Source: Camelus dromedarius (Eukaryota). Taken from it: a stretch of DNA of 64,000 nucleotides. This document shows positions 53,475 to 64,000 of the stretch, piece after piece. Numbering within the stretch: position 1 is the stretch's first letter; every line of letters begins with the position of its first letter. The stretch is from assembly GCF_036321535.1 (NCBI RefSeq), contig NC_087436.1, forward strand, positions 23,314,001-23,378,000, read 5' to 3'. A program made the translations under genes and the position numbers. The notes under the pieces were generated by a model. It saw nothing but the letters and a program-made list of their open reading frames with translations. It was not told the origin of the DNA and did no database searches.

Positions 53475-54740
53475 GTAAGTAATTTGAAATGTAAGTTGAG
53501 TAATATACAATGTTTCATGAACTTATAAGATATTTAGAAAAGGATTGTTGAGAACATTAGAGACTATAAAAATTGTTTAAACACAATTCATCTTATGACC
53601 CAACTGTTTTGAAGAGCACCCAAGTTACCTATCATGCTTAGAAAAATCCAGCGTACATGGACTTCTTTGCCTTACTGTTCCCAGCTGTGCAATTCAAATA
53701 ATGAGACTAAAAAAATGTTTTTAAGATTATAATAAAATTCACTATTTTAGTCTAATATTTAAAAGTATAAAAGAATATTTCCCCCAATACCTCTATTATT
53801 AAATGTAAATGTATCAGCATTCTTATTTCAGACTACTGTCTACCAGATGAACAAAAATTCAGCATTATTTGTTTTTTTAACATTTCTAAGTTTTCCATGA
53901 TTCTTGAAAATAATATTTTTTATAATTGTCCTAGCTCCCCTTGGTGGAGTAAAAGAAGCAAAGACTACACACAGAGTCAAAACATCTATAGTTTATCGTG
54001 GTGATCTGTGTACATGATACTGGGAAAGCCCTACCATTCCTCCGAGCTTTTGTTTTCCTTCACCTATAAAATGAGGAGCGTAAATTAAATGATCCTTAAG
54101 ATTTCTTCCACCTTTGAAATAATATTGGCGTCTCTTTCTTGGTTTCTTCACACAACAAAGCAAATTACTGCTTTAATCCTCTGTCAAAGAGAAATGCACA
54201 TATACATCCTTCTCCTGTTTATGACGGCCCTCTTGCCACCTTTCCCTATTTCTATGTTTATTGCTCTGCACTCTTGAGAACTCTACCTCATAGTGTGAAC
54301 TCAGTAAACATTAGCTATTAGCTCTCAGAAAAGGTGGAAATCAAGATTAAACATGTTTGCCTTTAAATAAGACAAAGAAGTGTCTGGAATAATGAAAACT
54401 TAAGTGTTATGAGTCTTTATGCAAAAACTAATACCATCAAAATACATAAAACATAGCCACAGATGATGCAGAAAGAAATTAGCGTATACCATTTTGTTTG
54501 TTGATGCAGTTATAATGGGATTATTTTTTACATTTTTTTTTTTGCTGGATAAGCTATTTTAACCTTATCTTTGTGAAGTCATGACAGATTAAGGAGAATG
54601 TACATCTAATCACTTTTATTTTGATGTTATAATCTTAGCTTTTTTCTTTTTTATTCTTCATACAACATAAAATAGAAAGTAATAGCAATCTAGTATGTCA
54701 AGTGTGATTATATTTAAAGTATTTTTAAAATTTCTAACAG

Positions 54741-54755
54741 GATATCTACTACTAG
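54741..54755 (+). CDS. MGAT4D: MGAT4D proximal alternative last exon (DIYY*)
   Basis: tttctaacAG | GAT ATC TAC TAC TAG, phase 0; AATAAA 54898-54903. Confidence 0.7.
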   Translation, partial: DIYY

Positions 54756-57700
54756 GAATTTCATAATTCTAATACCTTCTTTAAATGGTCAGAAGCATTC
54801 TTTGGAAAAAATGGCATCACAAGGATTAGACTATTTCTCAACTTTCTTCATAGTGGATAAGAGATTTTATCATATTTAAAAAAGTTAAACCTTTAATAAT
54901 AAAATGGTAAGTGTAAAAATTGATTTAAATATATAGAAAATTATCAGATATTTATATACCTTATAGTATTTTATATTCTTATGTTTTGTGTATTTTTTTT
55001 AGTTTTACGCATGTAACTTTCTGAGACATTTGCCAATATTCTGTTTTAGAAGAACCAGTGTTTCCTTTCATGTACTGTAGATGTACAATGAATTTGGAGA
55101 TAATAGATCTGAATTTGAAGCCTCATTCTTACCAATAGATGCAGCAATATGGATGAATCTCTAAAACACTATGCTAAATGAAAAAAAAGAAAGCCAGGTG
55201 CAAAAGACTACTATTTTTATAAAGTTCTAAAATAGGCAGATCCTGATATCTCATTATGATATTAATTTGCATTTCTTTAACATCCAATGATGTTGAGCAT
55301 CTTTTCATGTGCTTAACATATTTTTATATATTTGTATACATATATAATGAAATATATTTTTATGATATTTATTTTTATGAAATATATATACTTTTATGAT
55401 ATGTTTATTCAGATATTTGCCCACTTAAAAATTGGGTTGTTTGCCATTTTACTTTTGAATTGTAATAATTCAATAGTTTGACCACAAGTCTCAACTATGT
55501 CTTGCCCTTTCATTTTCTTAACAGTGTCTTTTGATAAAGTTCAATGAAAATTTTAATTTTAATAGGGTCCACTCCACTTAAACCTCCACTCTCTCAATAT
55601 AATTTTATCATTGGCTAGCTCAGTATTCAGTGATTTTTGTAATTATAAGACTATAGATGCTATTTACATTAAACCTACATAGTATAATCTTTCTACTCTT
55701 TCCTTATTACACAACGTTTTTTCTTTGGAGTTTTAAGTTTTCTTTATTTCAATGCACTTATCACTAATTCAACCTCAGATTCTCTGTGAATTCTCTAAAT
55801 CTTTTCTTGATACATTCAAACATCTAAAAAAATCATAAATGAATGTTTAATATTATCAAATGCTTCTCTGCATTTCTGTCACTTTCTAATCTTTACAGTT
55901 CTCTCTCCTGCAGCCTTCTGACCAGCTCTGGCAGATTTTAGGCACCTCTGGGGTTCCTTTTGTCTCTTGAGTTGATTCCTCTGTTTTCTGGATCCCAACC
56001 TCCACCATTCTTGGTTTATTTGTTTGCTTTTGTGAGGCATGCCTGTGAGTAATTTCTTGAGAAGGACTGTGTGAGAGGTAAAGTTTTGGAGAATTAAAAC
56101 ATCTTAAAAATGACTGCAGTCTATTAAACTTAGTTATTAAATTGGCTGGGGAAACAGTTCTGAATTGGAAATGATTTCTTCCATTTTTGAAGGTATTCAA
56201 ACCATTCTAATTCCTGTTTCTTTGTATAAGACCAGTTTACCCATTTCTAAACCTTTGAAAATGTTCTTGTATTTGGGCTCTACAATTTCATGAGGAAGGT
56301 ATGGGTTTATTTTTATCTGTGGTGCTTCTTATTCGGTGGGGCTTTTTAATCTGAAAACTCATTCTTCAATTCTGGAAAATATTCTCTCAAAGAATATTAG
56401 TTACACTTAAACATCAGTATATTAGTGTAAGTATAATTTGTTATTTGAACTGCTTCCTATTCTTATTGTTTGTTGTTAATTCTGCATTGTTGCCATCCTC
56501 CTTTCCATTCTCCTCTACTTCTTGGGGAAAAAACCTCATGGAATGTCTTTATCCGAAAAGTTACACGTTAGGTTCTGTGGGCGAGAGATACTCGCAGTAG
56601 ACATGGTGGACAGCTGAGAAGGCAGCAGTTGCCTGCTGTGGACAGGAATTGAGATCACACTCACTTCCAGGCAGCTTCCAGGGTTCTCAAAATGGCCTGT
56701 TGTACTGCTGAGACATCTAAAATCATCTGCAGTGGCTTCCAGATCTCCTGAGAGTGGCTTCCTGACCTCTGCTCCCCAGTCTTTCCAAGAGTTGAGTTCA
56801 CCTCTAGTTTATTCTATCTGCAGTAAATCTATTTCGTTATTCAAAATACCTCAAGTGGCTTCCGTTCCTTGACTGATCTCAGTCTGATTCTGTTGCTTCT
56901 TGTGTTTCAGGCTCCCCAAAATGAAAATTTGTTTCTTACTTGTTTTTGAGATTGTCTGCTATTTAGTCTGTGATTAGTGAATCTATTTTCTGCAGCCTTT
57001 CAGCAGAAGAAGGAAGAGAGTGGGCAAGGGATGGGGCGTTCTACGTTCTGTTGCTCATAGTGTATGGTAGCTTTTCTTCCAAGTAGGGAAGACTCATTCT
57101 TTCTTGGGTTATTACTTCTTCTCCACATCAAATACCTACAGCCACTATTTCTTCCGGGGAATAGTCACTTCTGATGTCTGTTGCTTAGCACAATCATGGA
57201 TATTCCAACTGTGGCTCTGCAGTCAACCCCAAAGCCCTTGCCTGTTCCCACCACCTCTGAGCTTAGGTCCTCTTAAAGCCACTCCCATCTTCTTGGCTGG
57301 CTCCATTTTGGAATTTGAATTTCTTCCCTTCTAATCCAGTCTCATTCACTTTCCACCTAATACTGCCCTCTGAATGATTTATGTGGATGGAAGTGTATTC
57401 ATACAAAATTATCTTTTCACACTTTAACAGTAAAAGAAGCACATAATATATAATCAAAAATGTGCTTTATTTATATACATACCATTTCAACATGGAAACG
57501 TGGGTGCATTTCCATGAAGATAACGCTGCACTCTGAGTTTCAGTTAGACTTGCATCATGATGAAGAATTTTTTTTTATGTTTTAGTGAGACTAAGATCAG
57601 CCAAAGTTTGAAGCAAAGTTGAGGTATGGTAAAGCGTATGTGGAGTTTAAGAGATATCCAAAACATACTCAGGTATCAATTTTCCCAGGTACCTTCATTC

Positions 57701-58309
57701 ATTACCCTATCAGTCAAGTGTCTTTCTCTTTTCATTGCTCCTTTCAGAACATTTCCCTTCTTTTCTGCAAAAACAAAATGAAGATCATCACTACCCCTTT
57801 TTACCCTCCTAACATAGGACTTTGAAGTGCTTTCAGCATCCTTCACTGAAACCACATTTCCCTATCAAAAACAACTTTCTGGGAAATAATGAACTGTCCA
57901 TTTGCTAAGACTTTTAGATATTTAATATTAGGTGTTTCCAAACTGATGACAGGGTTGCAGAATGGATTATCCCTTTCATTTTCCAACAGTGCATTTCAAA
58001 ATGGAATAAAATTCAGTGATACAAGATTCTTAGCTTTGTTTATATTTATCAAGTAATATACATACATATGGCTAAAATTTAATTAAAAAAAACCACCTCA
58101 TAATTAAAGGCATCAGTCCCCTCGCACTTCCCCAGCCCTATCTGACTCACCAGAGGCAATAACATTTAATCATTTCTGGTTTAAGTTCTAGTAGTTATCT
58201 TTATACTGCTAAATAATATGCTTATACTGCTAATTTTTATTTCTACACATTATCATTCTTCCTGTAGGATAGATGAATATTTAGCTTAAGTTCTTACTTA
58301 TTTTTATTA

Positions 58310-58667
58310 AGTCCTAGTCAGTTTGGGCTGCTGTAACAAAAATACCACAGATCAAGTGGCTTGACCAGTAGAAGTGTGTTCTCACGGTTCTGGAGGCTGG
58401 GAAGGCCAAGATCAAGGTGCAGCCTGGGAAGTTCTGGGGAGGGCCCACTTCCTGCTTTGCAGACAGCCGTCTTCTGGTTGTGTCTTCACATGGCCAAGAG
58501 CAGAGAAAACTCTGGTCTCCTTACCCCTTATAACTGCACTATCCCATTGGTGAGCATTCCACCCTCATGACCTAGTTATCTCCTAAAACCCCACTTTCAA
58601 ATACATTGGGGATTTAAGCTTCAAGATATGAATTTGAGGAAGGGTGACAAATATTTAGTCCATGGCA
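58310..58667. mobile_element. MLT1A/MST-type MaLR solo LTR
   Basis: gtcctagtcagtttgggctgctgtaacaaaaataccacaga...ggttctggaggctgggaag...aaatatttagtccatggca. Confidence 0.75.
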
Positions 58668-60397
58668 TATTCTTACTTTGATTATTTTGACCTTCCTCTT
58701 TTTAAGTTCTCTTTTCTGAAAATCTTAATAATCAGACATTAAACTTACTGAACCAATCCTCTATATGTCATAACTTTTATTTACTGTTTTCTGTCCCTTG
58801 TTTGCCTGTGTACTAGGTGGTTTCCTTGACTAACTTTTCTATTGAATATTTATTTTATTTTTATTTTGTTCCCTTTTCCTAGCATTGACTTGTTTTGATG
58901 ATACATTGTTTTCCTCAGATCTCTATTAGGTCTTTTCGCCAAACTTTTAAAAATTCTCTTCTGCATTCTGAATGAACTGTTTTTTTCTGTGGTCAGATCA
59001 ATCTGTCTGCTTGTTTATTTGATCTTTTTCTGTTATGTTGCACTTTCTCAAACGTTTAGTGATTCTTAATTGTCTGGGGGCAAAATGGGTAAATTTTATT
59101 TCCTCTCCCTCACCCCATCCCTGCCCCGCATTTATCTTTATATTCCTTCATAAAATTGAAAGGGATGAGGCTTCCTGGGCATTTTTGGTACATGGGTAGG
59201 ATTTTTGGTTTGCAAACCATGTTTTAGAGTATGTGAGTGGCTAGATTGCGATTGTTTTATGTTGGAGGTTTGGTTGTGCTTTTTTTCCCCAGTGGTTTGA
59301 GAGAAGGGCACCACTATGCCAGAATATAGTGGGCTTTGTTCTGGGACACCGGTACACACACTGCCTGTGCTGCTTACATGTAGATGGTGCATCTAGCCTT
59401 CATTAAGAAGACTGTGCATGTGCTTTGCCTGGAGCATAAGTCCTGGCTGCTCACGTATTCACTGTGGGTCCTCCTGACACACACTCTTTCTTCAGTCTCC
59501 AGGTTTTGCCCCATTTAGCTCCTGTCTTCCATCAAATCGTCCAGCTCTGCTGTAGCTCTGGTCCTCCATGTCTGGGTCACAGATTCCTCATCTCCACTCT
59601 GTCAGTCCCCATTCTTCCATCAGTGTCATTAATGTCTCCTATGTTCAGAAACCCCATCCATTCTTTCGTCGTTTGGAATTACTCCCTTTTCTGTTCATTT
59701 ATTATCATTTCCATGGAGTCCTAGCTGTCTACCACCTTGAATCAAGACTTTGGATATTTCATTTCAATTTTTTTCAATTTGTAACTTTATTGAGTAAAGT
59801 AAGATTTACATACATTGGCCCTCGGAGAGATAAATGTCACCCTGTTTTTTTTTTTAAATGGGACCAATAAAGCAACCTTTTCATTGCTGTTTTCCTTAAT
59901 ATTTATTCCTTTAAGTCCTTTAAAAAACCTTTATGTAAAATTTGTTCCTTAACCAGTTAAATTATATGTTATAACTCTCATAAAACTTTTTATAATGTAA
60001 GATAAATTATCTATAGTTCATCAAGTAGAAAAGTAATTTACCTTATCTCTCTATTCATCTAGCTTATAGTTAAAAAAAACAATTTAATAGAATAGAAATT
60101 CATCTTAGTGATGAATTTTCTCCATTTAAAAATTTTTAAAATTTTGCCTTTCAATTTAAATGTTTTTTATCATTTCATGTTCTACATCTATAATAAACAT
60201 AAAGAATTTCAACTAAAATATTTCAGTATTAATAATTTCTGAAAACTCAAATAAAATACTTAAAGATTTTCTGTTAGTTGATAAGCTAGAGAATAGTGTG
60301 TTTTATAATTTGCTAGTGCTTCAGCCTGCATGAATAGCCAGTTTCCTTTTACTGCAGTACACTGGGCATAGGGCAAAGTGTTTCAATGTGTTGGAGG

Positions 60398-60511
60398 TAG
60401 GATTGCCAGATAAAATACAGGACACCCAAATAACTTTGAATTTCAGTTAAACAATGACTTTTTGTGTATGATGCATTTGTTTTGTTGTTTTACTAAATGT
60501 GGTAAGCCTAG
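60398..60511. mobile_element. MER53-like hAT MITE
   Basis: taggattgccagataaaatacaggacaccc...actaaatgtggtaagccta. Confidence 0.6.
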
Positions 60512-60804
60512 TTGGAGGTTATGGAAGGAGAGAGAATAGACAAATACTTCCCATCAAAATACATTAACTGAATTATTTTATTAAATACTTTTATTAAAGA
60601 ATGATATACAGCATGTTTGTATTTTATTCAAAATTATTATTTAAAGTTTTATGTGTCTATTTTATGTAAAGATACAACAGAGGGAGTTGATACAACAGAG
60701 AATAAGAAGAGTATTGTCAAGAAATTTTCATGAAAATAATTACATCCTTATTAATTAATAGTATGTTATTTAGAGATGTTACCGATTTCTTATTTTCATT
60801 ACAG

Positions 60805-60813
60805 AAAATATGA
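60805..60813 (+). CDS. MGAT4D: MGAT4D distal alternative last exon (KI*)
   Basis: ttttcattacAG | AAA ATA TGA, phase 0; overlapping AATAAA at 61237-61246; gives 374 aa, matching remembered human length and C-terminus. Confidence 0.7.
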   Translation, partial: KI

Positions 60814-62749
60814 AGAAAAAAGCTTAACAAGAAGAAACTCCGTAATACATGGAGCTTCAGATCACCATGATTTCTAATGGTATCTTTCAGAAATTGTAAT
60901 AATGAAAATACATAGTTATATAGAAGAGGAGAAAACAATGAACAGACTAGTAGACTTGAAAGTATTAAACTACGTCTTACATCAAGAAAAACTAGAACAT
61001 TTATTTATGATATTTGTACCTTTACGATTCCTTAATATAAAAATAGTAAAGGCAGGGAAGTTTTTAAAAATTAAGAAATATATTTTGTTGACTTAGGGAT
61101 GCTATCATATACTCTCAATAAGTCGTTGAAAGTTCAGAAACTTGCTATTGTCATGGACAGGTTCTGTGTGAACTGGTGTATATGCTCTTATCCATTTTGT
61201 TAAGACATTTAAAATAGAAATTTAAAAAAATTTAAAAATAAATAAAACAGAACAAGTTTAAGCAAGTCTGGGTCTGGCAGTGCCACAGTATCTTCTTGTC
61301 TTTTTAGTATATGCATTTAAAACTCTAAAATTACCCCTAAGTGCCATTTGAGCTGATTACCAAACATCTTGATGCATATGTATTCTGATAGTCCTTCAGT
61401 TCTAAAGGTTTCATATTTTCTGTTACTATCACCTTCTTTACGCATGGGTTATTTGGGAGTGTGTTTTTTTTTTAATATATTGGTTTTGCCATCTTTTATT
61501 GTTGATTTATCATTTAGTTACATTGTTGTTAGAGAACTTTTTCTGTGATAAAATTTGAGAATTGTTATGAATTCTTGTGTTTCATATGAATTTGAGAAGA
61601 ATGTATCATCTCAGTATGCTCCCTTTAACATATACTTCATTCGTTTCTTTTTTAATTGAAGTATAGTTGATTTGCTTCTTTTCATTCGTTTTTATAAATG
61701 TTAGTTTTGTGCTTTAAAATGTCTTTAATATTCCTATTCAGGTTGACAGGGGCTGCATCTCAACATGTGCTTCCACAATCACTGTGGCAGGAAAAGGGTG
61801 GTTAGAGATGAGCACTGAGTTGAATGCTGACACCTGGAACTGACACACATCACATTTGTTCACATTTCATTGGCTAAAGTAAGTCATATTCATCCTTAAA
61901 TTCAAATGGGCAAAAGTGCCATCCGGCCAGGTACCCAGAAAATAATTACCACAGAAAAAGCTAAAGTTTCACAGAATTATGTTGAATAATATAAGTTGGA
62001 AAGCCTGAAGAAAGAAATTAAGAGGATAATATTGTCACAAAATACCTCAAATAAAAATTGTCTTTTTTAACCAATAAATTAAATGCTATCCAAAAACACT
62101 CCAGAAGATGACAGCGTCAAAAGTCTAGAAATAGTGGCCTTATTACAGATGCAGTGTGAACAATATTCAGTGGTCGTGACATCTAGCTAATAATCAAGTC
62201 TTGTGCATGGAGCATCATAAACTCTGTTAAGCTGAGACTCTAACGGGGATATCACAAGTCAAACATTTTATTCTTCCAATAAAATTGAAATCGTGAATAT
62301 CATAGTCAAAGTCAAGATTTACTATCAAATACAAGTAGTAAAAGCTGCATGATCCAACATCTATGGGGCAAAGAAGCTTGTGACTGAATATTAGGTTTAT
62401 GCTGTATTTTTATTTTTAGTGTGCTGGTTTAAACGATAGGCTCTGAGGGAGATAGACCTGAATTTGACTTTGTTTCCAGCATTTACTAGTCAAAGGCAAG
62501 TAATCATCTTCACCTGGGTTGTTGGGACGGTTAAATGAGATAATGTAAAACCGTTAGAGCAGTGAGTGCAATAAAACGTTATCAATTAGTAGCATTTCGA
62601 AAAGAAAACATATAATGCATTTATTATGTTAACATTTAATATACCTATATTTATCATCCACTTACTGTCACCAATTAGTAAGCCTCCCTGATGACCACAA
62701 TGACCTCTCATCAGAGCATTCAGAATTCTAGGGAAGGCCTAGGGTACTA

Positions 62750-63910
62750 ACTGGATGCCGTTCAAAACGTGATTTACATAAAATTCAGGACCCAATTACG
62801 TGCACTAGGAGGCAAAACCTCACTGGTTGTAGAGGCCAGGCGCTCCGCGGGAGGGAAAAGTCTTCGGACGGATAAGGAGGAATTCCTCCAGGGCTCGACC
62901 GGGAGCCGGATCCGCGCTGCGATTGGCCGGCGCGGGCGGCGCGGCGCGTGGTCGGGAGGAAGCGCCTGGTGGGCCGTATCGCGGAGCGGCGCCCCTCCGC
63001 GGCCGTTGAGCCCCTAGTGCAGGTGCGCGCGGCACGCGCCTCAGGCCGCCGCCTCAACCCGGCCAGCGGCCGCACGCGCATGCGCAGTTGGTAGTTGCGG
63101 CTGCGCGGCTGCCGGCAGGATCGGTCTGGGAAGACTCACGGACCAAGTGGCAGCCACTCGGACATCTGAGCTGCCCCTGCCGAAAACAGCCCGCAAGACA
63201 GGTACGTGGGCAGGAGTCCATTTCCTCGCATCCTTTTGCACTCGGGCCGAGGTGAGGTGAGGAATCGGAGTCCTCGCTCCTTCCCTCAGGGCGGGGGTGC
63301 CTGGGTCGCGCCCCTTTCTTCGGCGACCCGTCGGGCGGAACGAGTTGGGGCTAGTGAGGGGTGGGTGTTGAGTTCGGGGATGGGGGTGCCGCCAGCGAGG
63401 TTCTTGGGCGGGAGTGGGGAAGCCAGCCCCGGGCGGCGGGAGTTTGATGCCACCTCAGGTCGGTTGGGTCCTCCAGAACTGCTGTGCCCACCTGCTGCGC
63501 AGGTGCGGGGAAGGCCGGGCGTCCCCCCGCAGCCCGGCCCGTCTTAAGCGGCCCCAGGGAGCCGAGGCCGTTATTCCAGCGGTTGACATTTCAGCCCCGT
63601 TCCACTCTCGAGCCGGGCTGCCGGCTCCCGAGGGGTGGAGAGGGGGCCCGGGTGTCCTCGGCGCTGCTCGCCCCGCCGGCTGCTTCTCACAGAAGCTCGA
63701 ACACCACCCAACTAGGCTCAGCTTATCCCACCCCCGCCTCTGTAAAGGCCGAGGGACCTAACGTTACCTCACAGCGGGGACGCCGGTGCCTCGCGGCGGC
63801 TCCCTCGAGGCGCTGCCTGGAGCCCCGCGTGCTCCGCTGGGGAGGGAGCCAGAGGGTTGTGTTGAATCCGACGAAACCTTAATGAGTAGAGACTCATTAT
63901 CGCCGAAAGC
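62750..63910 (+). promoter_or_regulatory. CLGN: CpG island: probable CLGN (calmegin) promoter and non-coding exon 1
   Basis: CpG-dense; reverse CCAAT (GATTGG 62921-26), NRF1 palindrome GCGCATGCGC 63076-63085, donor CAG|GTACGT 63201/63202, second donor GAG|GTGAGG 63251/63252. Gene identity rests on synteny; no CLGN coding sequence is in the window. Confidence 0.7.
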
Positions 63911-64000
63911 CTGTTTACGATCAGATACCTTAGCTGATTTTATTTATAGCATTGGCCCAAGCAACGAGGAGGAAGCGTTTTCTTGGAATTTAAAAGCGAA

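Noticed and set aside
20377..60813. MGAT4D as a pseudogene
   Set aside because: All 10 exons splice in frame with GT-AG boundaries and no internal stop
62769..63882. Overlapping GC-rich ORFs up to 132 aa
   Set aside because: CpG-island artefacts; none resembles calmegin or another known protein
1..64000. CRISPR arrays, operons, tRNA/rRNA genes or a novel multi-gene system
   Set aside because: None seen; the window is explained by three mammalian gene loci and common repeats

Overview
Mammalian genomic DNA (no Alu, B1, Bov-tA, PRE-1 or Can-SINE recognised; the L1 3' ends suggest a laurasiatherian, tentatively a camelid). The window holds: (1) the 5' end of ELMOD2 on the minus strand (CpG-island promoter ~1.7-2.6 kb, first coding exon 791-941); (2) a complete, apparently intact MGAT4D gene on the plus strand, hand-assembled from 10 GT-AG coding exons (ATG 20377, 1116 nt) plus two alternative stop-bearing last exons (54741, DIYY*; 60805, KI*), giving 376 or 374 aa; (3) a CpG island at ~62.8-63.9 kb, probably the CLGN (calmegin) promoter and non-coding exon 1, assigned from the remembered ELMOD2-MGAT4D-CLGN gene order only. 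The rest is mostly transposon relics: a degraded ERVL-type pol region split by an L1, a 3.4-kb 5'-truncated L1 with a 585-aa ORF2 segment, solo LTRs with TSDs, and DNA transposons. I found no evidence of a novel biological system. The best leads are the dual last exons, EDD>EDG and DW>DL changes in MGAT4D, an overlapping upstream ORF, and clustered MYB and E2F6/E-box motifs at the germline promoters. Repeat family names and orthologue comparisons are from memory, not from searches.
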